A stretch of 64,000 nucleotides of DNA from Chiloscyllium plagiosum (taxonomy: Eukaryota). Where the stretch lies: the NCBI RefSeq assembly GCF_004010195.1, contig NC_057752.1, positions 7,914,835 to 7,978,834 on the forward strand. Direction: 5' to 3'. The notes beneath the pieces were generated by a model. The model saw nothing but the letters and a program-made list of their open reading frames with translations, was not told the DNA's origin and made no database searches. Within the stretch, counting starts at the first letter, position 1. Every line of letters begins with the position of its first letter. The position numbers were made by a program, and so were the translations under genes. Positions 25,564 through 38,031 of this stretch are shown one piece after another.

Positions 25564-25740
25564 GGAGTGATACGGATTCATCTGTTAGAAGCTGAGAACC
25601 TAATTGCAAAGGACAATTTCATGAAAGGGATGGTGAAAGGGAAATCTGATCCCTATGTCAAAGTGCGAGCAGGTGCCCAAAGCTTCCGGAGCAAAACAAT
25701 TAAAGAAAACCTTAACCCCAAGTGGCATGAGATGTATGAG
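25564..25740 (+). CDS. ESYT1: ESYT1 exon, GVIRIHLLEAENLIAKDNFMKGMVKGKSDPYVKV...NPKWHEMYE (C2C)
   Basis: tttcag|gga...gag|gtcagt, 177 nt, classic C2 motif. Confidence 0.95.
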
Positions 25741-26058
25741 GTCAGTGTGTTTGGATACTGCCCTTTGAAACCAATAAGATAAAACTCTTAATCAGTAGAA
25801 CCATGATGAGTGCCAGATGAATGAGCCTGGCTGACAAGTGGGCAGGTCCTTTATGTGGGTCACTTACTGACATGCTGACTTTTTCCGCTCAGTCTTGGTA
25901 CTGTGTAAAAGTGGTGGATTATTTCATGCGTGGGTGCTATTATCTGGCCCTGTTAACTCTTCCTACCTAGTGTTTTTTAATCAGTTGTTACTCTTTTCCT
26001 CAGAAGGGTTATACCCAAAATGTTGACTTCTCCACTTCCTGATGCTGCCTGGCTTGCT

Positions 26059-27460
26059 AGAACATAGAACACAGAACATTACAATGCAGTACAGGTCCTT
26101 CTGCCCTCAATGTTGCGCTGACCCGTGAAACCAATCTGAAGCCCATCTAACCTACACTATTCCATTCGCATCCATATGTTTATCCAATTACTATTTTAAA
26201 TGCCCTTAAAGTTGGTCAGTCTATTACTGTTACAGGCAGGACGTTCCGTGCCCCTACTACTCTCTGAGTAAAGAAACTACCCCTGACATCTGTCCTATAT
26301 CTATCACCCCTCAATTTAAAGCTATGTCCCCTCATGCTAGCTATCACCAACCGAGGAAAATGGCTCTCACTGTCCACCCTATCTAACCCTCTGATTTGCA
26401 GTGTTATCTGCAAATTTACTAACCCATCATTCTGTGCCCTCATCCAGATCATTTATAAAAATGACAAACAGCAGTGGACCCAAAACAGATCCTTGCGGTA
26501 AACCACTAGTAGCTGAACTCCAGGGTGAATATTTCTCCCATCAACCTGTCTTTTTTCAGCTAGTCAATTTCTGATCCAAACCACTAAATCACTCTCAATC
26601 CCATGCCTCCGTATTTTGTGCAATAGCCTACCGTAGGGAACGTTATCAAATGCCTTACTGAAACCCATACACACCACATCAATTGATTTACCCTCATCCA
26701 CCTGTTTGGTCACTTTTTCAAAGAACTCAATTAAGGTTTGTGAGGCACAACCTACCCTTCACAAAACCGTGTTGACTATCCCTAATCAACTTATTCCTCT
26801 CTAGATGATTCTAAATCCCCTCTCTTATAACCCTTTCCAACACTTTACCCACAACTGAAGTAAGGCTCACTGGTCTATAATTTCCAGGGTTGTCTCTACT
26901 CCCCTTCTTGAACAAGGGAACAACATTTGCTATCCTCCAGTCTTCTGGCACTATTCCTGTTGACAATGATGACATAAAAATCAAAGCCAAAGGCTCAGCA
27001 ATCTCCTCCCTGGCTTCCCAGAGAATATTAGGATAAATTCCAACTGGCTCAGGGGACTTACCTATTTTTACACTTTCCCGAATTGCTAACACCTCCTCCT
27101 TATGCACCTTAATCCCATCTAGTCTAGTAGCCTGTATCTCAGTATTCCCCTCGACCACATTGTCTTTTTCTAGTGTGAATACTGACAAAAAGTATTCATT
27201 CAGTGCTTCCTCTATCTTCTCTGACTCCATGCACAACTTCCCACTACTATGCTTGATTGGCCCTAACCTTATTCTCGTCATTATTTTATTCGCGATATAG
27301 CTATAGAAAGTCTTAGGGTTTTCCTTGATCTTATCCGCCAATGACCTCTCATGCCCCCCTCCTGGCTCCTCTTAGTTCTCTCTTTAGGTCCTTCCTGGCT
27401 AACTTGTAACTCTCAAGCGTCGTAACTGAGCCTTCACGTCTCATCCTAACATAAGCCTTC
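26059..27460 (-). mobile_element. CR1 with internal deletion, nested in a Penelope-type fragment (about 25998-26058 and 27461-27524)
   Basis: ORF 26811..27341. The host sequence gatgctgcctggcttgc|tgtgttcttccagcc rejoins across the insertion. Confidence 0.88.
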
Positions 27461-27575
27461 TGTGTTCTTCCAGCCTCCTGCTTGTCTACCTTGGATTCCA
27501 ACATCAGCAGTTTTTTTTGTCTCTAACACTTTTCCAAAGGCATGTTCTGACCTGTGGTAACCTTTCTCCTCTTAG

Positions 27576-27658
27576 GTCATTGTAAATCACATTCCAGGTC
27601 AGGAGCTAGAGTTTGAGCTCTTCGATAAGGACATTGACAAAGATGATTTCCTTGGAAG
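27576..27658 (+). CDS. ESYT1: ESYT1 exon, VIVNHIPGQELEFELFDKDIDKDDFLG(R) (C2C Ca2+ loop)
   Basis: tcttag|gtc...gaag|gtatgt, 83 nt, phase 0-2. Confidence 0.93.
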
Positions 27659-27764
27659 GTATGTTGCTCCATCAGAAAATTCAGAAAAGGTTTGAGGACA
27701 ATTTTAATACTACATTAGAGCAAAGTGCCTTCTATGGGAACACTGGTTCTTCAAATGTTTTGGT

Positions 27765-27895
27765 GAACACTCCCAGGACAGGGACAGTACGGGGACAGAT
27801 GTAGAGTAAAGCTCCCTACACTGTCCTCATCAAACACTCCCAGGGCAAGGACATCACAGGGTTAGATACAGTGTAAAACACTCTCTGCACTGCTC
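27765..27895 (+). repeat. About two copies of a ~68-bp minisatellite unit (acactcccagg...gttagatacagagtaaagctcc)
   Basis: Direct repeat visible; degenerate inverted relic near 33570-33620. Confidence 0.65.
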
Positions 27896-28085
27896 TCTCA
27901 GTAAACAATACACTATAAATCTTTTCAAAACATTGTTTGAAGTTCTCTGCATGGTCATGGAAATTCCATTATACTTTTATTAATAAATGAGTTGCTTTCT
28001 AAGAATAGCCATACTCAATTGTATTCACGCACAATGTAAACGTTTTTTCGTTAGTGTTTGACTTAAGTTGTTCTCTGACATGCAG

Positions 28086-28134
28086 ATTGAAGATCAGTTA
28101 CAAGGACATCATGAACAGTAAAGTTATGGATGAG
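28086..28134 (+). CDS. ESYT1: ESYT1 exon, (R)LKISYKDIMNSKVMDE
   Basis: tgcag|a ttg...gag|gtagga, 49 nt, phase 2-0, restores the frame. Confidence 0.85.
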
Positions 28135-28571
28135 GTAGGAAAATCTTGTTAGTTCAAATCATATAATGGGGCAGACTTCCCATTCCTTCTAGCTAGGAAT
28201 ATTGAATCCCTCGACTGTAATGGCCCAGGGGATGGGAATACTTCATGGAGGTAGCCTTTCTGTTTGTTTTGTTTTAAATTAATGGATATAAATTGTGGAC
28301 CATAGTGAGCTTCTACCTAACTGGAGTTTTTTTTCGCTGATATAGATTCTCACTCTTTCTGCATCGTGACACACTGCACTTAACTAAACTTAAAATACAG
28401 GTTGGAAAATGTCGTGGATCAGGGAATTTAACCAACTAAAACCAATTAATCTAACAGCACTGAGTGCTTGTCAGAACATCCTATCCATTAAGGTATTAAC
28501 TTGCAGCGTTACTGACAGAGTGTGGGAAGAAGCCTGTTTTCTAGATAGGAAGGCAGTTGAAAATAGTCTCC

Positions 28572-28710
28572 ACGCAAAATAAAAACTGAAAGAACTGCGG
28601 ATGCTGTAAATCAGAAACAAAAATGAAACTTGTTGGAATAGCTCAACAGGGCTGGCAGCATCTGTGGATAGAAATCAGCGTTAACGTTTCAGGTCCAGTG
28701 ACCCTTCTAC
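28572..28710 (-). mobile_element. Penelope-type terminal fragment (family C), 14-bp TSD
   Basis: tgaaaatagtctcc at 28558-28571 and 28711-28724. Minus strand gaagggtcactggacctgaaacgtt. Related copies near 32075-32224 and 50210-50310. Confidence 0.7.
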
Positions 28711-29044
28711 TGAAAATAGTCTCCCTGGCTTGTCAAAATGCCAAGACAGGCAATTCAATCTGTTTATGATGTCTTTTCAAATGAAGCCATCTTACCTCAG
28801 TCTGATGCTGGTGAACTTTGTTTTAAGATCTGATGATTTTGTGACAGCCATGTTTTGATATTTTACTATAAGCTCCACAGTATAACAGACAAAAGTGCCC
28901 TGAAAACTAAACTTTTGCTGCCAAGTTTACAATAATGAAGTTTCATTATCGGCTCCAATGTCATGACTCACTGGGGTAGTGCACTGGAAATTAAGCCCGG
29001 CTATTCTTGGAGTTTTCACAAATGTCGAAAATTTTTTAAAACAA

Positions 29045-29320
29045 ATGCACGACATTCTCCATCCTCTTCCATCGGGCAGAAGATGCAGAAGTTTGAAATC
29101 ACATAACAACAGATTTAAGAACAGCTTATTTCCCGCTGTTATCAGACTTATGAACGATCAGAGTTGATCTTTCTTTGCACCTTCTCTGTAGCTGTAACAC
29201 TTATATTCTGCATTCTGTTCTATTACCTTGATGTATTTATGTACGGTAGGATTTGTCTGGTTAGCACGTAAAACAATACTTTTCATTGTATCTCGGTATA
29301 TATGATGATAATAAATCAAA
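29045..29320 (+). mobile_element. Rex1/Babar-like LINE 3' end
   Basis: LPSGRRCRSL..NRFKNSLFPAVIRLMN in ORF 28979..29167, then an aataaatcaaa tail. Confidence 0.7.
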
Positions 29321-30103
29321 ATTTACCTGACTTTTCCACCTGGGTCATAGAAAGCACAGACCAGGTTTCTATACTTAACAAGTATTACTATTTATACCAA
29401 GTAATTCGGCAGTAGCTAAAATCCCCTTTACATACACAGAGATAGATGCATTGACGAGGAAAAACACATAGACAGAGGAGAAAAAGTAGAAAGACAGTGC
29501 ATAGTCTTTGTCCAAAAATTCAGTTGAGCTGGTTCTTGCTGATCCAAAGGTTTCTTCTTAGCTTTCTTTTTTCAAATTGATCCACTGGTTTGTAATAGGC
29601 ACAGGACGGTTGGTTCACTTGTAAAATGCCTCTGATATATAGATTAAAAGTCATAGCAGAGAGAACAGAGAGATAGTGCCTGAGCTTGTGGAGATCGGAA
29701 CACTTCTCTTTATCTTGTTTCCAACCCCAAGCTGTTCAGTTACCTGAGAACCCAACCATACAGTTGTTTGCAAACAAAATGCCCTTGTCATCAGTAACTT
29801 GTCATTAGTCCATAGACCAATCAACGTCCTGTTGCCAACCAGAACTGTATCTGAATTCAAAACTACTTGGCTGTTGTTCCTCTGCAGCCATTTCAAATTC
29901 TGCTTGTTCAAACAGCTACTTATGATGCTTACCACGAGTGTCAGGTTACTTGCTTTTAAACCATGCAGCCATCCTTTCAAAACACTGGTTTTAAAAGTTT
30001 TTTTTTTCTCATTTCAGTCCAAAACTCTAAAAAGCTCAAAATAAAAAAGACCCTATCTTTGCAGCTACCAAACTGCCTGTTTCCTCTCTTTGTCCATCTA
30101 TAG

Positions 30104-30193
30104 TGGTTCATGCTGAACGACGTCAAATCAGGAAAACTTCACCTCAAGTTAGAATGGTTGCCGCCAGGCATGGATGCACTTATCCTAGATCAG
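30104..30193 (+). CDS. ESYT1: ESYT1 exon, WFMLNDVKSGKLHLKLEWLPPGMDALILDQ (end of C2C)
   Basis: ctatag|tgg...cag|gtgaga, 90 nt, paralogous to 4729-4818. Confidence 0.92.
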
Positions 30194-30843
30194 GTGAGAT
30201 TAGTTTGAGTTTTCATTCTACTTGCTGTCTGGTTTGTTACTCTTGGTGAATTCCAAATAATTGGAATGAAGTTCTGCTCCTTCAGGTCGAATCTATGTTT
30301 TATGTTCTTTGCTGGTTGAGGAGAGAACAGATCATTTTCACTTTTCGAAGCTGAACATTGTTACTTTGAAACATGAAAGAAAAGACATGCACCTCCGTTA
30401 TTAATGGGCCTGAACTGGATGATGCTGTATGTGCTGTCATCCATACTTTCTGGGAATATCCCTCTGGAGGGCCCTCTTGGTCTAGTGTAGGTGAGGATAG
30501 TTACCTTTTGGTATAATTAGAAGAGTCTCTTTGTGGTAAACAAGATACAGTTAATTGCACCTTTGCAACTGTTTAAATATGGCACATATATGGTCATTAT
30601 TTGAGAGAATGAAAAGAGGATGTGGTCTCTGGTTTGACTCCTTTAAGATCTTTCATTACCCTCCCCTCCTCTGGACACTGCAACCAGCCAGACTGAAAGG
30701 GAATCTAGATGAAGCATTTGCATTACGATTTTATTTTATTAATGAGGAGTTTTAAGAAAAACACTTATCCCATAGTTCATTCAAATCCAAGAGCTGATAT
30801 TTTGCTTTAAATGTTTATTTTCGTCAAATCCATCTCTTTTCAG

Positions 30844-30939
30844 GTGCTTCAGGCAAACAGGACCATCTTCACACAGAATGATTTGGAACCATCTGCTGCC
30901 ATCTTGACCGTCTACCTGGACAGGGCACACGATCTTCCT
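30844..30939 (+). CDS. ESYT1: ESYT1 exon, VLQANRTIFTQNDLEPSAAILTVYLDRAHDLP (start of C2D)
   Basis: tttcag|gtg...cct|gtaggc, 96 nt. Confidence 0.9.
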
Positions 30940-31322
30940 GTAGGCCTCAGGCTTGTCAATTATCAATAAAATTGGATATTTCTGTCCCAGCTATGCTTGC
31001 TGGTCACTTGATCCCTGCTGTAGTATGGGCGAGTCAGCATCTAGGCTTGTTAAACATGTGGTTGGAAAGGGAGGGATCCAATTTTATAAGCAGCATGGCT
31101 TGTGTATCAACTTGTAGAGGCAATCTTATCAAGGTGAGACCCAACAACTCCTCCAAATAGGATTTGTGTACAAATGCATATGCTCTCTTCTAATCTTGCT
31201 CAGCCTACTGACTGTGTCATTGTTAGTGTACAATATAGAATAAGACCATTGAGAGTTAAATTAAGTTGCTAGGACTTGTTCATTTCTAAGATTCTAACTA
31301 TGTTTGTTACATCTTCATGCAG

Positions 31323-31394
31323 GTGAAGAAAGGGAAGAAGCAGCCCAGTCCAATGGTTCAGATCACTGTTAATGGCACTTCATTTAAAAGTCAG
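31323..31394 (+). CDS. ESYT1: ESYT1 exon, VKKGKKQPSPMVQITVNGTSFKSQ (C2D)
   Basis: atgcag|gtg...cag|gtaaga, 72 nt. Confidence 0.9.
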
Positions 31395-33869
31395 GTAAGA
31401 GAGTGACCCTGTCGCACAGGTTAGTTTGCTTTGGAACTTCTGCACTGCAAAAATTTCAGGTATCCAGGGAAAATGGTGTTCTTTGTAGTAATGCTGAACT
31501 TGTTCTGAATCAGTATCAAAGACATAGAAGGGAAGATTCTCCTATCTCCATGTTAATGTGTAATCCTTGACATTTAGCATAAAGTTGGTGATTTTTCACT
31601 GCAAAGTATACCCGAAGTAATTGCTGGTTAATTAAATAACATGCTTCAAGAAACAGACATGAGGAGGATTGAGTGACAGATCAGCATCTGTTCTGATTCT
31701 GTACGCCAACTCAGCCATCAGATCAAGCAAACATTTGAACAGCAAAGAAACTCCTCAGCTGGGTATCATTGGACAATCTCTTAACCAGTTCACAGCAGTT
31801 TCAGTTCTGTGAAGATCGATGTTTTTGTTTAAAAGGTCAGAAAGTCATTTGGATCAGTGAACGAAAGACATTATTTCCAAGAAGGCAGGATACCTGTGGA
31901 GATAATAAAGTGTTTACAAAGTTGAACTTTTATGATGTACAGAGAAATCAGACCAGGAGCCCCTTGATTTTTGAGTTCAATTCAGAATCAGATTTAATTT
32001 CACCTTAACAGAAGTGTTTTACTTTGTGCAGTCTTCAAACTGTGAGAGCTTTATAGAAGTTCTCAAGCTGTCAGAACTGAAAGGAATACTGCAAATTAGA
32101 AATAAAAACAGTGCTGGAGAAACTCAGCAGGTCTGGCAGTATCTGTAAAGAGAAAAAGAGTTATGTTTCAAAGTCCAGTATGACTTCTTCAGAAGTACTT
32201 CAGTTCAGGTCATCAGAACAGAAAAGAAGTCTTCAAGCTATCAAAACAGGAAACTGTCAGTTAAATAAGGAATTGAAGAGTTAAGACAGAGATAGCATGT
32301 TGGAAATCAAGCCCTGCTATTCCCAGAGACATTATCCAAGTTTAAAAACAATTGTTATCAAAGTATTCAAAGTCCCCAGTTTACATGTCAGATAGACCCA
32401 GGCTAACAGAAAACCAGGTAAAACATTTGTGTACTTAACAAGAACGACTAGTTATCACAGATAAATCGATTCTAACCACTGATTAAACAACTATTAATTG
32501 TCAACATATAACTCTACTTGTTAAAACTCCAACCTCCTTCTAAACTGCATCCTGCACATACATAGACAGACAAAAATAAATTGGCATCATGGGTAGTGGG
32601 GAAGGGGGGGAAATAGGGTAACAATCCAATAGTAACAGTCCTCCTGATTCAATGGAGTGTTCTTTTTGTTTCCCACGTCCTTCAGTTCTTGAATCTTTTC
32701 CTTCAGGTTCTCTCGTTTCTTCACAGGGGCAGAGAACAATTGGTTCACAAATTATAAAGTCTCTAACTTATTGGTTAAAAGCAACCGCTTATAACAACTG
32801 GTAGGGAAAAAATATAAACTGGCTTTCTTCAGGCGAGAGACAGAGAGACCACTTACCCTTGTCTGAAGGCTTATGCCAGTGTCATTCATACCCTCAAGCT
32901 GGTCAGCTACCAAAGAGCCAATCAGAGTTATCAGGTTCATGGCCTTTGGCATCCACAACTGGTCACAATTCCATCAACTAATCAGCAACCTGTTGCCAGT
33001 CAGTTCTCACTTTATACACAGCTGGGCCATCTACAAACACCTTCCCCACTGCTTGAACACTACGCACTGATTTTCAGTAATCTGTTTTCTTAAAAATGCA
33101 ACAATTCCTTCCACAATCCTTTGTCATAAAACAGTCCTTTCCTAATTCAGTCAACAATCAAAAACAGTAAAATCTTTACAGTTTGAATAATTGTTCCTTT
33201 TGTGTAATAAACTTGTGTTATTTAAAGAACATCAGCAGCCTCAGGTGAGCATGTTCAGTGACTAACCAAAGTAATCAATTGCAAAAATAAAGCTATGATC
33301 TATCAAGCCAAGTATCACTCTGGGATCCCACTTGTAAGACCATAAGATACAGGAGCAAAATTAGGCCATTCAGTCCAGTAAGTCTGCTCTGCCATTTAAT
33401 CATGGCTGGTATGTTTCTCAAATCCTTTCTCCTGCCTTATCCCTGTAACCTTTAATGCCCTTGTTAATCAAGAACCTTTCTATTTCTGTCTTAAATACAC
33501 CTAAATATCCAGTATTACTGTCAGCTGGGATCATTACAACTAGTAGCATTTAACAGCGATAACGTGATGCTTTACTCTGTCTCTAATTCCATGCTATACC
33601 TGTTCTGAGAGTGTTTGGCACTGTATGTTCCATTCCTGACAATGAGGCTATCACATTATGATCAAAACATTAACCCTCTTTCCCCGAAAACCTATTTAAA
33701 GAGGGCAGAACGAATATCTTTTAAAGCAAAGTGCAGCTTGGCATATTCAAAAGAATGGAATGTTGAAGTGGTTTAGACTCAGTGTTTGAGATTGAGGGGT
33801 CATACTGATGAACATTTCTTTTCTTCATGCACAACTACAAACTGTTACTGGTGCCTTTCTCTTTTACAG

Positions 33870-33956
33870 GTTATTAATAGCACAGAACTACCCATTTGGG
33901 AGGAATCATTTTCATTCCTTGTAGGGAATCCAAACTTGGAGCGTATGGAGCTTCAG
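33870..33956 (+). CDS. ESYT1: ESYT1 exon, VINSTELPIWEESFSFLVGNPNLERMELQ (C2D)
   Basis: ttacag|gtt...cag|gtaaac, 87 nt. Confidence 0.92.
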
Positions 33957-34227
33957 GTAAACTGCAAGAGTAGAGTATGACGTGCTTTTGTTAATTACAT
34001 TTTACATCTTGAATATGTCACCTTAGCACATCAGCAAAATCATCTCAGTACATTACCGAATCTAACTCAGAGTGGATTCAACAGACGATTGAGTAAATTT
34101 AATGGATTTTGTTTTTATCAGATTTTAAAATCTGATTTAATATCTAGCTACAGTCCTTTTACTTGACTTCATGGTATTGGCTTGTGATATTGTCATTTTA
34201 AAAGGTATTTTCAAAATTGTTGCCTAG

Positions 34228-34371
34228 GTTAAAGATGACAGTCATGTCCTGGGGACTCTGACACTTCCACTCTGCCAACTGCTGACCAGCAAGAATCTGA
34301 CCTTCGACAAATGGTTTAAGTTGGAAAATTCAGGACCCAATAGTCAAATCATGTTGAAAGTCATGCTGGGG
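34228..34371 (+). CDS. ESYT1: ESYT1 exon, VKDDSHVLGTLTLPLCQLLTSKNLTFDKWFKLENSGPNSQIMLKVMLG (end of C2D)
   Basis: gcctag|gtt...ggg|gtaagt, 144 nt. Confidence 0.92.
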
Positions 34372-34904
34372 GTAAGTGAATATGAAACTATTATTTATTG
34401 TTTGTTTAAAAATTTGTGTTGCTATGTGTACTTACGTGTATGTTTATATGTGCCTGCATACCTATGCATGTTAATCTGTGTATATGTATATGTGATTAAA
34501 TTCAAAATGTAGAAATGCTTTATACATATAAACAGAGAAAACAGGAGTTGTATGACATTCAGTCTTTGGGGCTAACTCCGCCATTCAGTGTGATCATCGC
34601 CGAACATCCAACTCCATACCCTGTTCCCACTTTTTTCCCCATACTCTTTGATCCCAACATCTCTGAGAACTGGATGTAACTCCTTCTTGAAAACATTCAA
34701 TAATATAGCTTCAGCCACTTTCTGTGGCATAGAATTCCACAGGCTTACCACTCTCTAGGCGAATACATTTCTCCTCATCTCAGAACTAAATGGCCGAGCA
34801 AATACACCTGAACTGTGACCCCTAGTTTTGGGATCCCCGGTCATGGGAAGCATCCTTCCTGCTTTATCCTGTCTAATCCGGTTAGAATTTTACAGGTTTC
34901 TATG

Positions 34905-36712
34905 AGATAGAGTCATAGAGATATACAGCACGGAAACAGACCCTTCGGTCCAACTCGTCCATGCCGACCAGATATCCCAACCCAATCTAATCCCATTTGC
35001 CAGCACTTGGCTCATATTCCTTCAAACCCTTCCTATTCATATACCCATCTAGATGCCTTTTAAATGTTGCCATTGTACCAGCCTCCACCACTTCCTCTGG
35101 CAGCTCATTTCATACATGCACCACCCGCTCTGTAAAAAGGTTGCCCCTTGGATCCCATTTATATCTTTTCCCTCTCACCCTAAACCTAAGCCCTCGAGTT
35201 CTAGACTTCCCCACCCCAGGGAAAAGACCTTGATTATTTATCCTATCCGTGCCCCTCATGATTTTATAAACCTGTCTAAGATCACCCCTCAGCCTCCGAC
35301 GCTCCAGGGAAACAGCCCCGGCCTATTCAGCCTCTCCCTATAGCTCAAATCCTCTAACCCTGGCAACATCCTTGTAAATCTTTTCTGAACCCTTTCAAGT
35401 TTCACAATATCCTTCCGATAGGAAGGAGATCAGAATTGCATGCAATATTCCAAAAGTTGCTTAATCAATGTCCTGTACAGCCGCAACATGACCTCCCAAA
35501 CCCTGTACTCAATACTCTGACCAATTAGAAAAGCACACCAAACACCTTCACTATCCTATCTACCTGCGACTCCACGTTCAAGGAGCTACGAACCTGCACT
35601 CCAAGGTCTCTTTGTTCAGCAACAGTCCCCAGGACCTTACCATTAAGTGTATAAGTCCTGCTCAGATTTGCTTTCCCAAAATGCAGCACCTCATATTTAT
35701 CTAAATTATACTCCACCTGTCACTCCTCAGCCCATTGGCTCATCTTATCAAGATCCTGTTGTAATCTGAGGTAACCCTCTTCGCTGTCCACTACACCTCC
35801 AATTTTGGTGTCATCTGCAAACTTACTTACTATACCTCCTGTGTTCACATCCAAATCATTTATATAAATAATGAAAAGTAGTGGACCCAGCACCAATCCT
35901 AGTGGCACTCCACTGGTCACAGGCCTCCAGTCTGAAAAACAACCCTCCATCACCACCCTCTGTCTTCTACCTTTGAGCCAGTTCTGTATCCAAATGGCTA
36001 GTTCTCCCTGCATTCCGTGAGATCTAACCTTGCTAATCAGTCTCCCATGGGGAACTTGCCGAACGCCTTTCTGAAGTCTGTATAGATCATGTGCACCACT
36101 CTGCCCTCATCAATCCTCTTTGTTACTTCCTCAAAAAACTCAATCAAGTTTGAGAGACATGATTTCCCACACACAAAGCCATGTTGATTATCCCTAATCA
36201 GTCCTTGCCTTTCCAAATACATGTACATCCTGTCCTTCAGGATTCCCTCCAACAACTTGCCCACTACTGATGTCAAACTCACTGGTCTATAGTTCCCTGG
36301 CTTTTCCCTATCGCCTTTCTTAAACAGTGGCACCACGTTTGCCAACCTCCAGTTTTCTGGCACCTCAGCTGTGACTATCGATGATATAAATATCTTAGCA
36401 AGAGGCCCAGCAATCACCTCCCTAGCTTCCCACAGAGTTTCTAGGGTACACTTGATCAGGTCTTGGGGATTTATCCACTTTGATGTGTTTCAAGACATCC
36501 AGCACTTCCTCCTCTGTAATATGGATATTTTTCAAGACGTCACCATCTATTTCCCTACATTCTATACCTTCCATGTCCTTTTCCACATTAAACACTGATG
36601 CAAAATACTTGTTTAGTATCGCTCCCATCTCCTGCGGCTCCTCACAAAGGCTGCCTTGCTGATCTTTCAGGGGCCCTATTCTCTCCCTAGTTACCCTTTT
36701 GTCCTTAATGTA
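34905..36712 (-). mobile_element. Young CR1 nested in an older CR1 (about 34530-34905 and 36713-37140)
   Basis: ORFs 35720..36013 and 36037..36417 carry RT motifs (YINDLD, SKFADDTK). Confidence 0.93.
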
Positions 36713-37402
36713 TTTCCCTCTCATTCTTTAAACTCCATTTAATATAGTCCTAACTAATCCAGTCTCTCTTCATATATCAGTCCTGCCATCCCAGGAATCA
36801 ATCTTGCTGCACTCCCTCCAAAGCCATAACATCTTTCCTCAGATAAGGAAGCCAAAACTGCACACAATACTCACCAAGGCCCTGTACAATTGCGGCAAGA
36901 CATCCCTGCTCCTGCACTTGCTGTGAAAACCAGCATACCATTTGCCTTCTCCATGACCTGCCGCACCTGCATGTTTACTTTCAGCAACTGGTATACAAGG
37001 ATACCCAGGTCTCATTTTACTTCCCATTTGTCCAGTCTGTAGCCATTCAGATCATAATCTGTTTTCCTGTTTTTGATACCAGAGTGGATAGCCTCACAAT
37101 TATAGACATTATATTTCATCTGCTATGCATTTGTCCATACTGAGATGAATGGCCCTTACCACACAATGGAGCCTGATTCAAAGTCACCTGATCGTCCTTC
37201 CATACATGAGGCTGCTTTAACTGTTGTATTCCTTTGCATATCGGGCTGCTCAGACTGTTTTAATCATTAGTTCCAAGTCTTCTGTTCTTTGTGGCTCCAA
37301 CTGTTTTGTTTATACATGTGATGCTCTTTTTATGTAATGGGTTTGCTGCAATTGTTCTTTTATTTATTGTCAATGTTCTGTCTTTTTTTTACTTTGCCAC
37401 AG

Positions 37403-37638
37403 ATCCTAGTTTCTGAGCATTCCAGGGAACTTTTCTCAATTCAGTCTGTGGCACAGGACCCAGCTAACTGTGAGGTGGAGAATGTGTCATTCTCGCCTTC
37501 AGTTAGTGACGAGAGTGAACTGAAACCTGTTTCGTCACTAGTGAATGATCCCAGTAACCATTCAGTTTCCGAGAACAGCAGCGTTCCAATCAGTGAATCG
37601 GTGTCATCTGAACTGGATCTGCGACAGAGAATGCATCG
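37403..37638 (+). CDS. ESYT1: ESYT1 exon, Ser-rich C2D-C2E linker (ILVSEHS...ELDLRQRMH)
   Basis: ccacag|atc...cg|gtagat, 236 nt, phase 0-2. ILVSxHS and LRQR motifs as in ESYT1. Confidence 0.85.
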
Positions 37639-37938
37639 GTAGATGACAAGTTTTTAGTTTCATATCAAATGCAAATTATTCCATTGAGTATGTTGACTAC
37701 ACTAGCTTGCTAAGCATGGCAAAGATCAAGCGTTAAAGGTCAAATCATGCTGTAATGCCTTGTTGTCTAAATTGCAGTCACCACCATCCCCCCCCACAAG
37801 GAAAACCAGGGAGGAGATTGGAGTGTAGCTGGAGGCCTTTTAACATTGAATGGCTCATGTGACTGCTCAGAAACCAAGCTGCACAGTTGTTGTTCATCTT
37901 TTCATGTAACTACAGACACTGTCTTCTTCCTGTTTCAG

Positions 37939-38031
37939 TAAAATGGATATTTTAGAATCACCACAGATCAAGCTAACACTGCAGTACCACGTGCAGCAAG
38001 GAAAACTGCTACTTGTAGTGCATTCCTGCAG
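37939..38031 (+). CDS. ESYT1: ESYT1 exon, (R)KMDILESPQIKLTLQYHVQQGKLLLVVHSC(R) (start of C2E)
   Basis: tttcag|t aaa...tgc ag|gtaagg, 93 nt, phase 2-2. Confidence 0.88.

Noticed and set aside
29330..33180. LTR-like segments at about 29330-30060 and 32353-33180 (also 46-560 and 44238-45800)
   Set aside because: They look like related solo-LTR-type repeats, but I could not define termini and TSDs reliably, so I did not call them as features.
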